Origin: a virus
Taxonomy: Duplodnaviria; Caudoviricetes
Length of the DNA: 29,718 bases
Virus record (IMG/VR): IMGVR_UViG_3300030433_001380
Coordinates: 1-29,718 of that record
Direction: 5' to 3' (one strand)
Part shown: positions 27,275 through 29,718 of the stretch, piece by piece
How the letters are laid out: every line of letters begins with the position of its first letter
Position numbering within the stretch: position 1 is the first letter of the stretch
Position numbers and translations under genes: made by a program
Notes under the pieces: model-generated
Databases searched by the model: none
Seen by the model: only the letters and a program-made list of their open reading frames with translations
Told to the model about the DNA's origin: nothing

Positions 27275-29089
27275 TTAATCACCTATAAAATCTCTTAATT
27301 GTGACTTTAATCTATCAATATTTTCATAATCTCTTGATAGTTTCAAGGATAGTTTTTCTAATTGACCAATATCTCTATTATCATAAGTATCTATAACATC
27401 TCTGTTTTCAGCAATCATTTGTAGCCATTCACTATCTGTTTCATTAATAACAGGTCGCCTACCTGCTTCTCCTTGAACCCATTCTTTGAACTCTTCTGCT
27501 TCAAAATCACTAACTTTACTTATTAGTTTAGATACTTTCTTTAATTTATAGTGAATGCTTTCAATTGTTTCGCCTAATGAGATTAGGTTTTTAACTCTTC
27601 TATCCCATTGTTCTTTGAGTTCCAATTGTCTTTCTTGTTCCTCTCTTTCTTCGCCCTCTTTTATACCTTTAGGCACTTCAGGAGGATTAGGGAATCTTTC
27701 AAAAATTTCGATATATTCACCTAATTCTCCCCTAAATTGATTCATTCGCTCAATACTTTCTTCGACTCTTTCTAATTTAGCCTGTTCCTTTTGCAAATCC
27801 CTTTGAACATCTTCAGTGGCTTCTTCTAATATATCAGTCTTTCCTTCACGAATTTGATTAATAAGTTCAGTTAATTCACTTATTTTTCCTTCTTCACCCT
27901 TTTTAGGTCGAAGAACAGTTTCTGTAACTCTTCTTCCTGTTTCCGTTTCAGTTTCGGGAATGTCTCTAAATCTAGTTTTTTCTTCATATAAGGCTTTAAT
28001 ATTTTTAGTTAACCTTTCTATTTTATTAGCAATAATACTATCGGTTCCACCTTCTAATAAAGATTCAAAAATACGAATATATTCTTCTATTTTTTCTTTA
28101 TCCTCGCCCAACTTATCATATTCTTTTTGAATAGATTCTATTGTCTTTTTCATTTCCATAGCAATATCTTGGTCAGGCATAGATAACTTTCTAGCAATTT
28201 CTTTTGACCTTGCTGTTTGTCTTGCAAACTTGCCTTTATTTTGTTTAATAGCAGGATTCTTTTCTATTTCATTAATATGTAAATTAACTAAAGCATCATA
28301 CAAAGATATTTTTTCATTAGAATCTTCAATAGGAAGCATTCTTTCATTTAATTCTTTTAGTTGAGTAACTATTTTTTTAATATTAACAGACTTACTTCTT
28401 GTTATCTTGCCTTTTTTATTTTTAGTTTCTAATACTTCTAACTTACCATCAGCAGTTAAAAATTCTTTATACCTATCATAGAAAAAATTCTTTTCATCTG
28501 ATGTTTCTTTTTTAAGAATAGTTAAGATAGCAAGTAGTTTATTAGAATCATCTTCATTACCTCTTCTTCCTACCCAAGATGCAAAGTTTAAAAACTTATA
28601 TCCAGATAAAGTTCTCCTACTCTTTTTAACTTTAATGTTATTAGCAAGAACTTTGGTAGCATCAAGTAACTTAGATATATCCTTTAGTTCTCTAATAATT
28701 CTTTTATGCTCAAATTTTCTTCTTCTATTCTCTTTATCCTGAAATACTTCACTAACAACTTTAGATTCTTCATCGACCTCTAAATCTTTTGTTTGACTAA
28801 TTCCGGTTCCTCCACCACCTGTAACAGTAGTAGCCATAGATTCATCTAACTCTTCTTCTAAATCATCTCTAATTTCTTCATCGCTTCTTAACTCATCTTC
28901 TTCATCTTCGGCTTTAGCAATATATTTTCTGTATTGCACCATGTTAGATGAATTAAGATTTTCTATTAGTGAATTTTTAATAGCACTAATATGAGCATCT
29001 GCTTTCACTAAAGACATAGTATCATTATCTATGTTAGCCTTTAACAAAACATTTCTTAAAGACTTGTCCTTAGATAATTCTATAATCAT
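27275..29089 (-). CDS. Large coiled-coil E/K-rich protein (604 aa)
   Basis: GAGGTGA RBS; heptad-rich, with an acidic N-terminal linker. Confidence 0.75.
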   Translation of the reverse strand: MIIELSKDKSLRNVLLKANIDNDTMSLVKADAHISAIKNSLIENLNSSNMVQYRKYIAKAEDEEDELRSDEEIRDDLEEELDESMATTVTGGGGTGISQTKDLEVDEESKVVSEVFQDKENRRRKFEHKRIIRELKDISKLLDATKVLANNIKVKKSRRTLSGYKFLNFASWVGRRGNEDDSNKLLAILTILKKETSDEKNFFYDRYKEFLTADGKLEVLETKNKKGKITRSKSVNIKKIVTQLKELNERMLPIEDSNEKISLYDALVNLHINEIEKNPAIKQNKGKFARQTARSKEIARKLSMPDQDIAMEMKKTIESIQKEYDKLGEDKEKIEEYIRIFESLLEGGTDSIIANKIERLTKNIKALYEEKTRFRDIPETETETGRRVTETVLRPKKGEEGKISELTELINQIREGKTDILEEATEDVQRDLQKEQAKLERVEESIERMNQFRGELGEYIEIFERFPNPPEVPKGIKEGEEREEQERQLELKEQWDRRVKNLISLGETIESIHYKLKKVSKLISKVSDFEAEEFKEWVQGEAGRRPVINETDSEWLQMIAENRDVIDTYDNRDIGQLEKLSLKLSRDYENIDRLKSQLRDFIGD

Positions 29090-29098
29090 TAAATCACC

Positions 29099-29323
29099 TC
29101 AAAAAGGAATATTTTCTTTCTTTCCACGCCTTTTAGGAGGAAGAGTAACTACATCAGGAATATCTGCTGATGAAGGAGAAGCCTTATGACTATTATCCGC
29201 AGGGAATCCCATAGTCATATCTTTACTCTTTTTTACTCTAGTATCTTTATTAGCGTTTATTGCTCTTACTTGAGCCAATTCTTTGCTCAATCTTCTTTCT
29301 TTTTGTCTTAAATCTTCTGTCAT
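29099..29323 (-). CDS. Small basic hypothetical protein
   Basis: Likely start MTEDLRQ at 29323, just after the upstream stop. Confidence 0.65.
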   Translation of the reverse strand: MTEDLRQKERRLSKELAQVRAINANKDTRVKKSKDMTMGFPADNSHKASPSSADIPDVVTLPPKRRGKKENIPF

Positions 29324-29324
29324 A

Positions 29325-29576
29325 TTAATCATCCTTCCTCATAACTTCAAGTAATCTGCGTTCTAATTCATCTAATGCCTTAGTTCCGCCAAGCATTTTA
29401 TTTTTCTGTCTAATAGCACTAAGTAATTCTTTCTCACTACCTTTAAATCCTTGACCCTGACTAAAATCCCTTTTGATTCGTCTAACTTCAACTTGTCTTT
29501 CGTGCGCTCTATCCATCTCTCTAAAGTCACCAAAAGCCATTTCATCTTCTTTTAGAATTATTTTCCATTCTTCCAT
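29325..29576 (-). CDS. Small protein with N-terminal WKIILK motif
   Basis: Start revised to ATG 29576 (MEEWKIILKE), one nt after the stop of the upstream partial ORF. Confidence 0.6.
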   Translation of the reverse strand: MEEWKIILKEDEMAFGDFREMDRAHERQVEVRRIKRDFSQGQGFKGSEKELLSAIRQKNKMLGGTKALDELERRLLEVMRKDD

Positions 29577-29577
29577 T

Positions 29578-29718
29578 TTAACCAACTCTTCTTTCGGTTC
29601 TTCTATCAACATTTTGATTTCCAGCATCTAACGGTAATCCTGTTAGTCGCTTATCCGGCCCTTGATTCATAGAGGGTTTATTTCTAGTTGCCGGTGGATT
29701 TTCTTGTGGAGTTGACAT
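29578..29718 (-). CDS. C-terminal end of an upstream gene, probably the portal protein (partial)
   Basis: Open frame from the window edge: ...MSTPQENPPATRNKPSMNQGPDKRLTGLPLDAGNQNVDRRTERRVG*. The portal call rests mainly on gene order and the disordered tail. Confidence 0.4.
   Translation of the reverse strand: MSTPQENPPATRNKPSMNQGPDKRLTGLPLDAGNQNVDRRTERRVG

Noticed and set aside
2142-27740. All plus-strand ORFs in the track (for example 8559..9008, 19949..20329, 21905..22189)
   Set aside because: They lie antisense to long minus-strand genes and have shadow-like S/F/L/I-rich composition.
29577-29627. Listed N-terminus MLEIKMLIEEPKEELVK of ORF 29325..29627
   Set aside because: It overlaps the upstream partial gene in another frame; ATG 29576 directly after that gene's stop is more plausible.
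1-29718. CRISPR arrays, tRNAs, integrase, transposases, inteins, diversity-generating retroelement repeats
   Set aside because: None seen by eye; intergenic gaps are too short for arrays. tRNAscan and a self dot-plot would confirm.

Overview
AT-rich, gene-dense fragment of a tailed dsDNA archaeal virus (Caudoviricetes). It best fits a magrovirus-type virus of Marine Group II / Poseidoniales, judged from the archaeal GGAGGTGA ribosome-binding sites, the HK97-type capsid protein with a long scaffold-fused protease, and an ATP-dependent ligase inside the head module; this assignment is from recall, not a search. All credible genes are on the minus strand and form one late morphogenesis operon. 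From right to left: probable portal C-terminus, several charged or coiled-coil head-region proteins, ATP-dependent DNA ligase with a degenerate LigD-phosphoesterase-like C-terminal domain, prohead protease/scaffold, major capsid protein, four small post-capsid proteins, a five-gene cassette (two membrane proteins, an Arf/Sar1-like small GTPase, a Zn-finger protein, a Q/G-rich protein), head-tail adaptor, tail terminator, tail tube, a tail-assembly chaperone pair with a -1 frameshift signal, tape measure, Dit-like protein, LamG protein, and a >2000-aa tail-tip/hub protein that runs off the left edge and is missing from the ORF track. The most interesting candidates are (1) the GTPase/membrane cassette as a possible membrane-remodelling or egress system, and (2) shared short peptide motifs (MDWS[DE]IHKM, WxxILK, [ILV]xK[AS]) suggesting that the ligase and other proteins are capsid-targeted, protease-matured cargo.
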